From the NCBI RefSeq assembly GCF_006345805.1, contig NC_043017.1:6758001-6822000 (forward strand): a stretch of 64,000 nucleotides of DNA. The letters run 5' to 3'. Positions 27,401 through 40,460 of the stretch are shown here, one piece after another (position 1 is the stretch's first letter; each line of letters starts with the position of its first letter). Below the pieces are notes generated by a model. It searched no databases. It was not told the DNA's origin and saw only the letters and a program-made list of their open reading frames with translations. Source of the DNA: Octopus sinensis. Lineage: Eukaryota. Both the position numbers and the translations under genes were made by a program.

Positions 27401-27799
27401 GACCCCAAAAGTATGAAAGGCAAAGTTTGACCTTGGCGGAATTTGAACTCAGAACATAGTGACAAATGAAATACAGCTAAGCATCTCGCTCGACATGCTA
27501 ATGATTCTGCCAGCTTGCTGCCTTAAATGTGGAGTTGAAAAACTGAAACAATTCCTATAATAATAAGTGCATTGTGTATCTGTAAAAATTAACACTTCCG
27601 TCTCCAAGCTTAGATTCGAAACCGAATCTAAGGATTCTCGGTGGTCCAAACCACCACGATCAACAGGTGCGAAAAAAGGTTATCTTTGTCCTGTCAAAAA
27701 TGATAAATCATCTCCTTTTGACCTACGACCTCAGCCATGTCAGGTGAAGTTCAAATGGACAGGAGCTGACCTATTTAGGCACAATCTGTTTAGGTAACT

Positions 27800-28006
27800 C
27801 CAATCTCAGTGAACTACGAAAGATAACCTTGATGGGTGCAGCCCATATACTATGGAAAGTACTCTCCATCTAAAATGGAATAAATGTAGTGATCATGTTA
27901 GCATGCATAGTATAACAAAAGTGCCCTTGCTACTCTTGGCCTCTGGAGGATGCCCGGGACTAAGGAAGCTGAAATAAAGTTATAATGAAAGGAAACCACA
28001 ATTGAA

Positions 28007-28045
<39 letters not shown>
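27800..28045 (+). mobile_element. R4/NeSL-like (RLE) non-LTR element 3' end with (AAT)n tail
   Basis: LSELRKITLMGAAHILWKVLSI* resembles the terminal QK..LLGTA.ILRKVL motif. Confidence 0.6.
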
Positions 28046-28148
28046 CAGATTGGGGCCTGGTGCAGCCATCTGGTTCGCCAGTCCTCAGTCAAATTGTCCA
28101 ACTCATGCTAGCATGGAAAGCAGATGTTAAACGATGAGTAATGAAAAC

Positions 28149-28204
<56 letters not shown>

Positions 28205-28741
28205 TGATGATAATAATACTTTAAGCACTTACAACAAACACACACACACACATGAATGTATGTATACATAAATATACACAAGCGCTATATACATAAAACC
28301 AATGAAGGAAGGAAGATACTGGTATTATATTTACTATCCAGAAACAATAATTTCAATTACAGGTCAGGCAGAGAAATTATTTTACATAGTGGAATGTATA
28401 TGAAACGTGATTAGATATATGATAACAAATAGCAAAGAATGGAGTTAGCAAATTATTTTAATACATTGTTTACAATTGTTTCATCACCCCCGATATAACC
28501 AATTTTTGCACAATGTTGTAATCATGTTGCCAGCTTTTAATTAATTTCAGTGTGCTATACAGAATTTATTTTCTAGTATATAGTGGAAGTAATTCCTCAG
28601 AACTTCATAAAATATAATATAATATAATACACACACACACACACACACCACACACACACACAACACACACACACACATTCTCACACATACATACATACAC
28701 ATTTGAAGATGTATGGTCTTGTGGGTATAGAATAAAATGAA

Positions 28742-28954
28742 CTATGACATTATCTTGGTACGATAAAGGACCAATTCTTGACCCCAATATTTTTTATTCT
28801 GGTCTCCTTCTTTGAATTGTTTTAAGGGTTTGTTCTTCCGTAACAGCCGGGTCTCCTGTGTTTCTTTGTACTTCTGCTTTTCCAGAGATTCCCTTTGCAA
28901 GAGGTTACTGCGGACATTGGCCCAGTATTGCTGGCTCTTCTCATAAGGATACTG
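28742..28954 (-). CDS. VWA3B/C11orf16-like protein, probable last coding exon (QYPYEKSQQYWANVRSNLLQRE...KIMS*)
   Basis: Not in ORF track; tttttcttctag|cag NAGNAG acceptor, phase 0, 70 open charged codons to TAG. Confidence 0.65.
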   Translation of the reverse strand, partial: QYPYEKSQQYWANVRSNLLQRESLEKQKYKETQETRLLRKNKPLKQFKEGDQNKKYWGQELVLYRTKIMS

Positions 28955-29001
28955 CTAGAAGAAAAACATAAGTATGTTGATATATATATATACATATATA
29001 T

Positions 29002-29392
29002 ACTCTTTTACTCGTTTCAGTCATTTGACTGTGGCCATGCTGGAGCACCACTTCTAATCGAGCAACTCGACCCCGGGACTTATTCTTTGTAAGCTCAGTA
29101 CTTATTCTATCGGTCTCTTTTGCCGAACCGCTAAGTGACGGGGACATAAACACACCAGCATCAGTTGTCAAGCAATGCTACGGGGACAAACACAGACACA
29201 CAAACACACACATACATATACATATATACGACAGGCTTCTTTCAGTTTCCATCTACCAAATCCACTCACAAGGCTTTGGTCGGCCCGAGGCTATAGTAGA
29301 AGACACTTGCCCAGGGTGCTGCGCAGTGGGACTGAACCCGGAACCATGTGGTTGGTAAACAAGCTACTTACCACACAGTCACTCCTGCGCCT
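29002..29392 (-). mobile_element. SINE family A, full length
   Basis: Matches other copies end to end. Confidence 0.9.
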
Positions 29393-30678
29393 CTATATAT
29401 ACTTGTTTTTTTTTTGTATTTGTGGGTTAACAAAGCAACCAATGGTTTCATGTGAAGATATTTTCACAATTGTTCAAGCATACCATATAGGGTTGCTGAT
29501 GTTCATCTCTATTTTAGATGTGAATGCAAAATAGAGACAAGTGTCAGCACTCACATGTGGTCCAATTGAACAAACATTGTTTGTCTTATTAACTGACATA
29601 TAAAGAATAGTTATCTGCCCATGCGATGCTCAGCACTCATTAGTGTGTGTGTGTGTGTGTATGTGCGTGTGTGTGTATGATGGACTCTCCCGTCATTAGA
29701 TGATGTATAAGGGTTTGACAATTTCTTACCGAACAACCGCATGGATGATTTGTTTATAGTGATCAAATGTTCATGTAGACATAAGCCCACTCCCTCCATT
29801 AGATCAACGTTACCTGTACAAGTGCAACTGGGTGCCACATGTCAGATGACGAAATGATCGTAGAGCAATGTGAAATGAAATGCTTTGCTCAAGAACACAC
29901 ATACACACACACACACACACACACATATATCTTCATCATCATCATCATCATTGTTGTTTAATGTCTGTGGAGTACTCAGCCACTTGCATGTTGTTCATTT
30001 CACGAGCAGGCTGTTCCATTGATTCGATCAACTGGAACCGTTGCCTTTCCTAATCAACCGAGTGCCAGTGTATGCATCTTTACATCTGTGCCCATTCCTG
30101 CTAACATATGATAACCGGTGTTGTTTTGTTTATGTCCCTACAACATAGCAGATTGGCAAAAGATTCTGATAAAAATAAGTACCACATTATAGCAATAAAA
30201 AAAAAGTACTGGGGCAGTTCATTCTTTTATTGTTTTATTCTTTTATTTGTTTCAGTCATTTGACGTCGACCATGCTGGAGCACCGTCTTTAGTCGAAGAA
30301 ATTGACCTCAGGACTTATTCTTTGTAAACCTAGTACTTATTCTATCAGTCTCTTTTGATGAACCACTAAGTTACAAGGATGTAAACACACCAGCATAGGT
30401 TGTCAAGCGATGGTGGGGAGACAAACACAGCCACACAAATATATACATATACCTTTTGAGCATGGTAATTGCCAGAACCACCTGACAGGCCCTCGTGCTG
30501 GTGGCACGTAAAAGCACCCACTACACTCTTGAAGTGGTTGGCATTAGGAAGGGCATCCAGCTGTTGAAACTTTGCCAGATCAGATTGAGCCTGGTGCGGC
30601 CTCCAGCTCACCAGTCCTCAGTCAAACCGTCCAACCCATGCCAGCATGGAAAGCGGACGAAAACGATGATGATGAGGA

Positions 30679-30712
<34 letters not shown>

Positions 30713-31004
30713 CAGGCTTCTTTCAGTTTCCGTCTACCAAATCCACTCACAAGGCTTTGGTCAGCCCGAGGCTATAGTAGAAGACGCTTGCCCAAGGTGC
30801 CACACAGTGGGACTGAACCCAGAACCATGTGATTGGTTAGCAAGCTACTTACCACACAGCCGCTCCTGCACCTTGTTTGTTCAAATAAAACTCTTTCAAG
30901 ACAGTTACTCCAGCATGGCCACACTCAACTGACTTGAACAAGTAAAAAATAAAAGAACCAAACAAAAGCAAACACAAAAATAAATAAAAACATTATATAT
31001 TCAC

Positions 31005-31111
31005 CTGTTTCTTCTGGTCTTCATTTAAAGGGGCCACACTGATTCCACCATATCCTTGTCGCCTTTTATCAACACAATCAACCCCCTTCACTTCCTGTCG
31101 ATAATTATTAC

Positions 31112-31144
<33 letters not shown>

Positions 31145-31446
31145 TAATCCGGACCGATGCTGGTTTCACCCGCACATTTCCTTTACATTTTAGTAACATT
31201 CTTTGTTGTTGTTGGTGTTGTTGTTGTTGGTGGTATTCAGTCACTGCCTGTGATATTTCCGCATTCAGTGCCCTCTTAGCTGCGTGGGTCACATCAATCT
31301 GTTCCTGTCCGTTCAAGTCGGCATTGGTTTCATGTATTATGTCCTGTAAGACCCTCTCTCGATTGTGCCTTCTCCCAGATTTGAATCTCTTCTTTTGCTC
31401 CTCTGTCGTTCCGTATCTCACTGCAAGCATCTTTGAGGGTTTTGCA
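31005..31446 (-). CDS. VWA3B/C11orf16-like protein, coding exon 5 (polyQ and polyN tracts)
   Basis: Acceptor ccttcag|T (phase 2); donor CAG|GTGAAT (phase 0), or read-through to stop at 30993. Confidence 0.75.
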
Positions 31447-31574
31447 CTGAAGGAAAGTAATTGGTGCAACAATTATAGAGGGTGCAATAAAACGCATAGG
31501 TTTTACATATAGATAAATATATAAATAATATTATATATTATATATATATATATATATAGATAATATTATTATAT

Positions 31575-31630
<56 letters not shown>

Positions 31631-31635
31631 CGTGT

Positions 31636-31935
31636 GTGGAGGCGCAATGGCCCAGTGGTAGGGCAGCGGACTCGCGGTCGCAGGATCATGGTTTCAATTC
31701 CCAGACCGGGCGTTGTGAGTGTTTATTGAGCGAAAACACCACCTAAAAGCTCCACGACGCTCCGGCAGGGGGTGGTGATCCCTGCTGTACTCTTTTGCCA
31801 CAACTTTCTCCCACTCTTTCTTCTGTTGGCCTGCTCGCTTAGCCAGCAGGGTGGCGTCATTCGAAGACTAAAACAATGTAAAGCGCATTGTGACCAGCGA
31901 TGTGTAACAACATCTGATGGTCTGGTCGGTTACGT
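31636..31935 (+). mobile_element. tRNA-headed SINE, family D
   Basis: ggaggcgcaatggcccagtggtagggcagcggactc...ggtttcaattcc head. Confidence 0.7.
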
Positions 31936-32571
31936 GATCACGATATATATATATATATATATATATATAGCCTCGGGCCGACCAAAGCTTCGTGAGTTGA
32001 TTTGGTAGACAGAAACTGAAAGAAGCCCGTCGTATATATGTATATATATATATGTGTTGTGTATATGCTTGTGTGTCTGTGTTTGTCCCCCAACATCACT
32101 TGACAACCGATGCTGGTGTGTTTACGTCACCGTAACTTAGCGGTTCGGCAATACAGACCGATAGAATAAGTACTAGGCTTACAAAGAATAAGTCCTGGGG
32201 TCGATTTGCTCAACTAAAGGCGATGCTCCAGCATAGCCACAGTCAAATGACTGAAACAAGTAAAAGCACCATCCAAATCGTGGCCGAAGCCAGTGCTGCC
32301 TCGACTGGCTTCCGTGCAGGTGGCATGTAAAATGCACCAATCCGATCGTGGCTGATGCCAGCCCCGCCTGGCACCTGTGCAGGTGGCACGTAAAAAGCAC
32401 CCACTACACTCACGGAGTGGTTGGCGTTAGGAAGGGCACCCAGCTGTAGAAACATTGCCAGATAAGACCGGAGCCTGGTGCACCCTTCTGGCTTCCCAGA
32501 TCCCCGGTCGAACCGTCCAACCCATGCTAGCATGGAGAGCGGACGTTAAATGATGATGATGATGATGATGA

Positions 32572-32603
<32 letters not shown>

Positions 32604-32879
32604 CACATATATACACACACACTACATATAGCCACTCCTCATTTTGACATATATATAACATCCCTGCATTTTATGTTGCAGTTCAAGGTGGGATTTAGGT
32701 AGGAAGTCAATCTAAGCATTAATTGTATCTTAATTATCTTATCTCATCAGATATCTTATGTCACCAGACATATTACTTGCAATTTTTGTATGCATGAATG
32801 TATGTATGTATGTATGTATGTATATGAGCAGATTTGTATGTTTTTTTTAATGTATGTATTCTCATGCATATAGTTACAT

Positions 32880-33026
32880 ATCTAGACATGTTTGTATATA
32901 TTTAAATGATAAACTTCTGGAAAGTTTTACAGTTCTTTACAGTTCCGGTTATGGATTGGATCTGTAGTCTTCGAATTAGCATCCTGCTTTCTGGTTTTGA
33001 GAAGCTTAAATCCTCAAGATTGATAT
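32880..33026 (-). mobile_element. RLE-type non-LTR element C-terminal fragment
   Basis: LIRRLQIQSITGTVKNCKTFQKF*. Confidence 0.5.
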
Positions 33027-33400
33027 TTAGGCAGTGTATGTATGTATGCATGTAGGGGTGTGTATGTATGTATGTACGTATGTATGTATGTATGTAGGAG
33101 TGTGTATGTATGTATGTATGTATGTATGTAGGGGTGTGTATGTATGTATGTAGGGGTGTGTATGTATGTATGTATGTATGTATGTATGTATGTATGTATG
33201 TAGGGGTGTGTATGTATGTATGTATGCATGTAGGGGTGTGTATGTATGTATGTATGTATGTATGTATGTATGCATGTAGGGGTGTGTATGTATGTATGTA
33301 TGTAGGGGTGTGTATGTATGTATGTATGTAGGGGTGTGTATGTATGTATGTAGGGGTGTGTATGTATGTATGCATGTAGGGGTTGTGTATGTATGTATGT
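33027..33400. repeat. Compound minisatellite (GGGGTGTG(TATG)n TA)n
   Basis: Directly visible; source of the track ORFs 32902-33375. Confidence 0.9.
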
Positions 33401-33435
33401 ATAAGCAGAAATTAAATGAACTTGTTTGACATTAC

Positions 33436-33625
33436 CGTTCCTTTTGACTAGAATTTTCCTGACAGTTTCTGCAGTTGTTTGGTTTTCGTATTTGATTTCG
33501 TTCTTGCTGGGCTGGCGGAGCGACAGAAGGTGGTTTTGGTGTCTTTAACAATGTTGCTACACAGTCGTTTTGTGTATGTTTCGAAAATCTGTCGACGTAG
33601 TGAAAGGCCGAGTTTGAGGAATAGT
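33436..33625 (-). CDS. VWA3B/C11orf16-like protein, coding exon 4
   Basis: Acceptor ctacag|AC (phase 1), donor CG|GTAATG (phase 2); 190 nt, open frame. Confidence 0.75.
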
Positions 33626-33769
33626 CTGTAGAGACACAGAAAGAAATAGCGATTCCATATAGCAACGTATAAGAAGAAATAAAGAGATAAGGTTCAGTCT
33701 TTTAAATCTTTTGGTGTCAGCTGAGTTATTCTTTCAAGACAACTACCGAGATTATATTGATGTAAAAGT

Positions 33770-34215
33770 ACAGGTGTATGAGCGTGTGTATGTGTGTGAC
33801 TACAGATGTATTTGTGTCTACAGATGTATTTGTGTGTCTACAGGTGTATTTGTGTGTATACAAATGTATGTGTGTGTATACAAATGTATGTGTGTGTATA
33901 CAAATGTATGTGTGTGTATACAAATGTATTTGTGTGAATGCAGATGTATGTGTATGTCTACAGATGTATGTATGTGTATACAGATGTATGTGTGTGTCTA
34001 CAGGTGTATTGTGTGTATACAGGTGTATGTGTGTGTATACAGGTGTATGTGTATGCCTACAGATGTATGTGTGTGTATACAGGTGTTTGTATGTGACTAC
34101 AGATGTATTTGTGTGTCTACAGGTGTATGTGTGTGTCTACAGGTGTATTGTGTGTATACAGGTGTATGTGTGTGTATACAGGTGTATGTGCATGTATACA
34201 GATGTATGTGTATGT
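33770..34215. repeat. About 20-bp minisatellite (ACAGGTGTATGTGTGTGTAT-like)
   Basis: Directly visible; source of the Cys/Val-rich track ORFs. Confidence 0.9.
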
Positions 34216-34931
34216 GTTACTATGAGTATATATGTTTAGAGTGTTGCTTTAACAGCATGCACTGCTGACTTTTCCAATAATCTTTTCTACTATAAGCACA
34301 AGGCCTGCAATGTTGGAGAGCATCGTAGCCATGTTTTGAGGGGAATTCTTTGTGGTTTGAATAATTCACCTCTGGAAACATGGGTGTTTTGTTCATCACC
34401 TGTAAGCAAACCTTATTCAGGGACCTTTTGAGCAGAATGGGCTACTTGACCCAAAGAAAATTCTAACTGAGCCCCACCTGCAAGATAATGCGCTGTTAAT
34501 CTTGATCTAAGACCACCATGTCGTGCACATATGGTTGTGATGCATGTGCCTGGTGTACCCTTATCAGACAGGTAGTCATGAAGGGTATATTGCGCTTTGT
34601 ATATTTGTACCCCAGTTTCACTTTGATGACATGTGCTGCTCCCTCACTCACTGATAATAATAACAATACTTTTTACTATAAGCTCAAGGTCTGAAATTTG
34701 CAGGGAGGAGACTAGTCAATTACATTGACCCCAGTGCATAACTGGTATTTAATTTATTGATCCTGAAAGGATGAAAGGCAAAGCTTACTTCAACAGAATT
34801 TGAACTCAGAATGCAAAGATTCAGAAAACATTCTTTTAGTACTGATATCTCCACAAGCTGTTCTAACCAGTTAATAACCACTTCTAACCAGTTAACAAAC
34901 TAATATTCTTACAAGCTGTTAAGTTTGTGCC

Positions 34932-35159
34932 TTAACCCATTCAATACCAACCCGACTGAAACCAGCTCTGGCTCTGAATACAAATGTCTTGTTTTCAAAA
35001 GTTTTGTATTAAAATCTTCCACCAAACCTTAGCCACAATTTATGTTCTTAACACTAGCTAAATGATAACTAAGTTATTTTAGTAAATTCTTTGTTATATT
35101 TTAAGTAATTGAAAGAAACACAGAGCATCTCAACAGAAATATGGTAAGAAAAGGGTTAA
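34932..35159. mobile_element. TTAA-flanked piggyBac-like MITE, copy 1
   Basis: TTAA|CCC...GGG|TTAA ends; tandem paralog at 35183-35411. Confidence 0.7.
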
Positions 35160-35182
35160 AATATATAATAGAGAAACAATTC

Positions 35183-35411
35183 TTAACCCTTTTGATATCA
35201 ACCTGGCTGAAACCGCCTCTGGTTCTGTAGTACAAATGTCATGTTTTCATAAGTTTTGAATTAAAATCTTCCACCAAACCTTAATCACAATTTGTGTTCC
35301 TAACACTAATTAAATGATAACTAATTCATTTTACTAAATTATTTATTATATTTTAAGTAATTGAAAGAAACACAGAGCATCTCAAAATAAAAACGGTAAC
35401 CAAAGGGTTAA
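35183..35411. mobile_element. TTAA-flanked piggyBac-like MITE, copy 2
   Basis: TTAA|CCCTTT...AAAGGG|TTAA; body similar to copy 1. Confidence 0.7.
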
Positions 35412-35510
35412 TGAGTCTACAGTCTGGCACCATAATAACCCATACAAATGCCTCCTTTCATCCTTTGTGAGAGAAAACTGAAAGCTTAAAATTAATCAAC
35501 ACAAATTTAC

Positions 35511-36404
35511 CTTCATATAAACTCCTGTTTTTGTCTCGTAATTCAAACGGAACAACTTGAGTTGTCTCTTGAAATGGACTCTTATTTCTCCTTGAAACAT
35601 TTAGGCTTCTGGTGGGGTTTTTGGCCCAGTATTTCCACATTGGTCTTCCAGGGTTTGTAGGTTTGCTCGGGAATTTTAAGCATTCTGCATTCACCCCTTC
35701 ATCTTTTGTATCCGTTTGATATAATTCTTCCAATCCATTATCATCATAGAAACCTAAATCTGGTAAATTCTCTGAGGTGTAAGGCAGATGTGAGGAGCCA
35801 ACTTTGAATTCTTCAGTAGACTCATCCTTGGTTTTTTCAGTTTCACAAAGTATTGGTTGGTACACGTCTGCCAAGAGTTCCTTCTGTTGTTCGTCGCCAA
35901 TATTTGACATCTCTTTTTCAGTCTCCAGGATGTCTTTTGGTTCATCTTCCACAGACTGAACTTTATCATCGAGTTCTTTGATGCATAATTTACTGACAGG
36001 AGCAACTTTCTCTGGCGGAAGGTCATTGGCACTGACGGAATATTTGGGTGTAAGGGTTTGGTATTTTGGGTACCAGGTAGGCCGGGTTAAATAAGGAATA
36101 CCATAAGGATTGACTGCTGCCATATTATATACCAGGGGAGCCATTGGAACGTAAGAGGGTAATGCCATTGGATGGTAATCCCTCAGTCTCAAACTAGGGG
36201 CCCAAATTCTTGGTTCTAAAGGGAAAAATTCAGGCATTTCTGTTTGACTTTTGTAATATGGTTCTTGTTTCAAAGAACGAGGCTGATGAACTTTTAACTT
36301 GATGTGGTCAAAGGCGTTTTGAGGGATCCAAATGGCAGCATTTCTGGGAATTCTGGAAGTTGTTCCATTTTCAAATGAGACGACAAGATTGACATCCTTG
36401 TATT
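35511..36404 (-). CDS. VWA3B/C11orf16-like protein, coding exon 3 (LVVSFENGTTSRIPRNAAIWIP, then low-complexity region)
   Basis: Acceptor ttccag|AA (phase 1), continuous with track ORF 35458..36273; donor G|GTAAAT (phase 1). Confidence 0.82.
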
Positions 36405-37221
36405 CTGGAAGAGAAATGAAGATGAGGTTTTATGGTGTTGAAGTTCTATAGTGATAAGTCTTACATATATAAAGACACACAGACATACGCATGTGCGTGA
36501 TCCTTTTCTCTCTCTCTCACACACACACACATTAACACTCATATATGCAAACATATGTGTTAATATACAGCCAAACACACACACATGCACAAACACACAT
36601 ATGCTGACACACTGTCTCTTCTCTCCTACACACAATCATACATCCAAACTACACACACACACACATGTGAATATATATGTGAGCATGTACAACATACACA
36701 CATACATCCAAACTACACACACACACACATGCAAATATATGTGAACATCTTCAATACACACACACACGCATACACATACATACATGTGCAGATCACAACA
36801 TGCATGCACACACACACACTGATGCACACATATGCATAAGTGAACATGAACACAAACACATACATATTCACGTTTGAACTTACACACACACACACACACA
36901 CACGCAACTACACACATAAGCATATAGAAACAAGTCCGCACACAAACATACAATAATCACACTACCACCACCACCACCACCACCACCACAACAACAACAA
37001 CAACAACAACAATTACTACTGCTACCACTACACATCACTGTCATCAGTAACAGCAGCACAAACACCACCACCACCACCACCACTGCCACTGCCACCGCCG
37101 CCAACACCATCTCCACCACCATCGCAACTACCACCACCACTGCCACCACCACCACCACCGCTGCCGCCACCACCACTTCATCATCATCATCATCATCAAT
37201 AAAGAACAAACTGTTTCTTAC

Positions 37222-37453
37222 TCAGTTCGGTTTGTCTCGCTTCTTGGCCTTCCAACACTCGGCCACATGAAAACCTGGATGTGTTCTGTGGTGGTGGGCC
37301 AGGCGCCAGCACACAATCTCCCACCTCGATGGAATGTCTTAGAGACTCATTGTAATCAATGATGTCAGAGATGTTGGTCTCTTGGTAGGTTGTTTCTTTG
37401 TATTTCTTATGATGGCATGGACCGAAGGCGACCAAGAATTCACTGGTTCGAAT
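37222..37453 (-). CDS. VWA3B/C11orf16-like protein, coding exon 2 (DUF4537-like: IEVGDCVLAP...GRVLEGQEAR)
   Basis: Acceptor ccttag|ATT (phase 0), donor A|GTAAGA (phase 1); phases match neighbouring exons. Confidence 0.82.
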
Positions 37454-37957
37454 CTAAGGGAGAGATGTGAAAAAAGAAAGAGTGAGAGTGAGAGAATAAA
37501 TGAGTGGTTTTGATTTATGAGTGAGGATTGATGTGGAGGATTATATGACATGGGCGCCACATAAAAGGCTCCTGTGCCGGAGTCACATAAAAAGCATCCA
37601 TACCATTGCCACGCATAAAGCTGTCACGCTGGTCCCATGTAAGAATCATCCATGATGGCTCCACGTCAAATAAAACTCCCAAGGAAGCGCCAGGTAAAAA
37701 GCCCCTGTGCTGGTGCTACATGAAAAAGCACTTGTACGAAGAATCTAGGCTGGCGTCACATAAAAAGCAATCATGCTGGTGCCACGTAAATAGCACACTT
37801 CGTAAAGTGGTTGGCGTTAGGAAGGGCATCCTGCTGGAGAAACTGTGCCAAAAGAGATGATTGGAGCCTGGTGCAGCCCTCCAGATTGCCAGCTCCCAGC
37901 CAAACTGTCCAACCCATGCCAGCATGGAAAAACGGACGTTAAACGATAAGGATGATA

Positions 37958-38013
<56 letters not shown>

Positions 38014-38417
38014 GATGTGTTGTTGTACCTGAATTGGTAAATTATTAATGGGCAATGACTGTTGCCAGAAACAGGGATATTGGGATGTGAGAGAAAGGAA
38101 AAGTGTATAAATATAAATTGTGTCTTAATTAACAGGCGATTAATTATTAATAACAAGGACTACAGAGAGAAATACAAGTACAAATTGGCCCTAGTAGTTT
38201 AACCCTTTCACTGCAGAAATCTACTCCAAATTTCATTACCCCTAACTGTAGGAAGCAGTTTTATGTATTGGTCTGTCTTTTGTAGAGAAATATCATGTTT
38301 GAAAGTAACTTCGTTGAGCTATTTTGAGTATATTGAGGCAACGTGAGTTAAAGAAAATAACAATTCTATTTTCAGTAGATATTTAACATCATTCCTGGAA
38401 TAACCACGAAGTTTAAT

Positions 38418-38796
38418 TGTGTCTAGGGAGTTAGTTGCGTCACATTGCCAATATAATTAACACACACACTGGTTCAATTCTACTCCAGTATTATTCGTTG
38501 GTTGGTTAAATAACCAACTGACTAATCGATTGTTTAATTTGTGTCTTTGTTTGTTGGTTTGTTTGTCAAAGCCTTTTCGTTGCTTCTTGCAACCTTTTCA
38601 ATGACTTTTGACTAAGTCCGTTATAGGAAAGGTTGCAAGTAGCAACGAAGAGGCTTTGACAAACAAAAACAAAACAAAACAAATTAAACAATAGATTGGT
38701 TAGTTGGATATTTAACCGATTAACTAATAATAAAGGAGTGGAACTGAACCAGCACGCGTATTAACTATATTGGTATAATGACTCTCCCTAGACATA
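38418..38796. repeat. Imperfect 380-bp foldback palindrome of the same family
   Basis: Shared core ttcgttgc.tcttgcaaccttttcaat and terminal gactctccc.agac; arms complementary. Confidence 0.85.
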
Positions 38797-38830
38797 AAAT
38801 TTGTTTCAAGACACGAGTTCACATAAAGAA

Positions 38831-39194
38831 TCTATATATATATATATAACGGCAAAATGTGTGTGTATCCTTTATACAAATCCACAATTTTTCAGTTAGA
38901 GGGCTCGCACTTTCTATGGTTATTCAAAACCGTCCAAGGGTGGTCATGCACATCTTTACATTTCCCCAGTCACCCCGCAAAGCCATTAAAAAAATCAATA
39001 GAAGTGACTTTTTTGTGAATTTTCTATCCAAAACCCAATCAAAAGGCATGAAACTTGATACGCCAATTGAATGCCAGCTAGCTGTATGTGATTGGTCGGA
39101 GATTTGGACAGTACTCGCGTGTATGTGCGCACGCACGCAGCTGTGTATGCATGCACTAGCACTATGACCCGGCGTTGCCGGATCATAGTGCTAG
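38831..39194 (+). mobile_element. Non-autonomous Helitron
   Basis: A|TC(TA)n start, terminal hairpin actagcactatga..tcatagtgctag, ends CTAG|T. Confidence 0.75.
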
Positions 39195-40460
39195 TCTGAT
39201 ATAAAAACGAACATGAATTTTAATTTCATAGTTTAAAGAGTTAAACAAACGAGCGCTGTCTACATGATTGTAGTTAGGAAGGTTACCCAGCTGTAAAAAC
39301 ATAGTTTTAGATAACTTCTTGTCCGAACCCATGCCGGCATGGAGAAGCAGATATTAGCTTTTATTACTGCGGAAATCGGACATATCCATTCATAATTTCA
39401 TTACTTTTAACTGCACAAATCAGTTATATATACCTATTTCTTTATTACCCACAAGGGGCTAAACACAGAGGGGACAAACAAGGACAGACATAGGTATTAA
39501 GTCGATTACATCGATTACATCGTACTTAATTTATCGACCCCGAAAGGATGAAAAGCAAAGTCGACCTCGGCAGAATTTGAACTCACAACGTAACGCAGAC
39601 GAAATACCGCTAAGCATTTCGCCCGGCGTGCTAACGTTTCTGCCAGCTCGCCGCCTTATTATATATACCAATTTATTTTTTTGTTGAAGAGTGACCAGGT
39701 CGTAGATTGAGCGACGAAAACGACTGATCCCAGTTTATAAATGTTTAAGTAAAATTAATAGGGTTTTTTTTAATCCTATTTTTGAACGGCTAAAATTTAT
39801 CTTCCACTTTGATTGGCTAAATGGCAGTGGCAGTGATGGTGGTGGTGGTGGTGTTTGTGCTGCTGATGATGACAGTGGTGTGTAGTGGTAGCAGTAGTGA
39901 TTGTTGCTGTTGTTGTTGTTATTGTGGTGGTGGTGGTGACAGTTGTAGTGTGATTATTGTATGCCTGTGTGCGGACTTGTGTCTAACATGCTTATGTGTG
40001 TAGTAGTCTCTTCCCTTTAAACGCGATTTGGAGAGTAGCTTCCCTTTAATATATCTTTCTTATGCTTAAGAAGTAAAAATTTGTCCAACAGGAAAATTAC
40101 CTTAGTTTATAATGCGTGTGTCTGTGTCTGTGTGTGTCTGTGTGTGTGTTTGTGCGTTTACGTTTGTCCATCGCCACTACTTGACAGCCAGTTTTGATTT
40201 GCTTAAGTCCCTGTAAACTAGCGGTTCAGGAAATAGAGAACGATAGAAAAAGTACCAGACTAAAAACAAAAAAAAAAAAAGTGTCGATTTATTCGACTAA
40301 GCCCTTCGAGGTGGTGCTCCAGTATGACCGCTGTCGAATGTCTGAAACAAGCAAAAGAAAATGATTAAAAAAATAAGGAAAAATATCTTATCCAACCCGT
40401 CCGTTGCCCAGCGTTTATTTCTGAAAGCCGAAAAATGTACGCAGAATAGATTTGACTCAC

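Noticed and set aside
27609-27632. Perfect 10-bp hairpin CTTAGATTCG-AAAC-CGAATCTAAG
   Set aside because: Short, isolated, and adjacent to a LINE remnant; plausible by chance
33027-34215. CRISPR-like arrays
   Set aside because: No unique spacers; simple eukaryotic minisatellites
33711-34268. 185-aa Cys/Val/Tyr-rich ORF resembling a metallothionein or keratin-associated protein
   Set aside because: Entirely a 20-bp intronic minisatellite on the strand opposite the host gene
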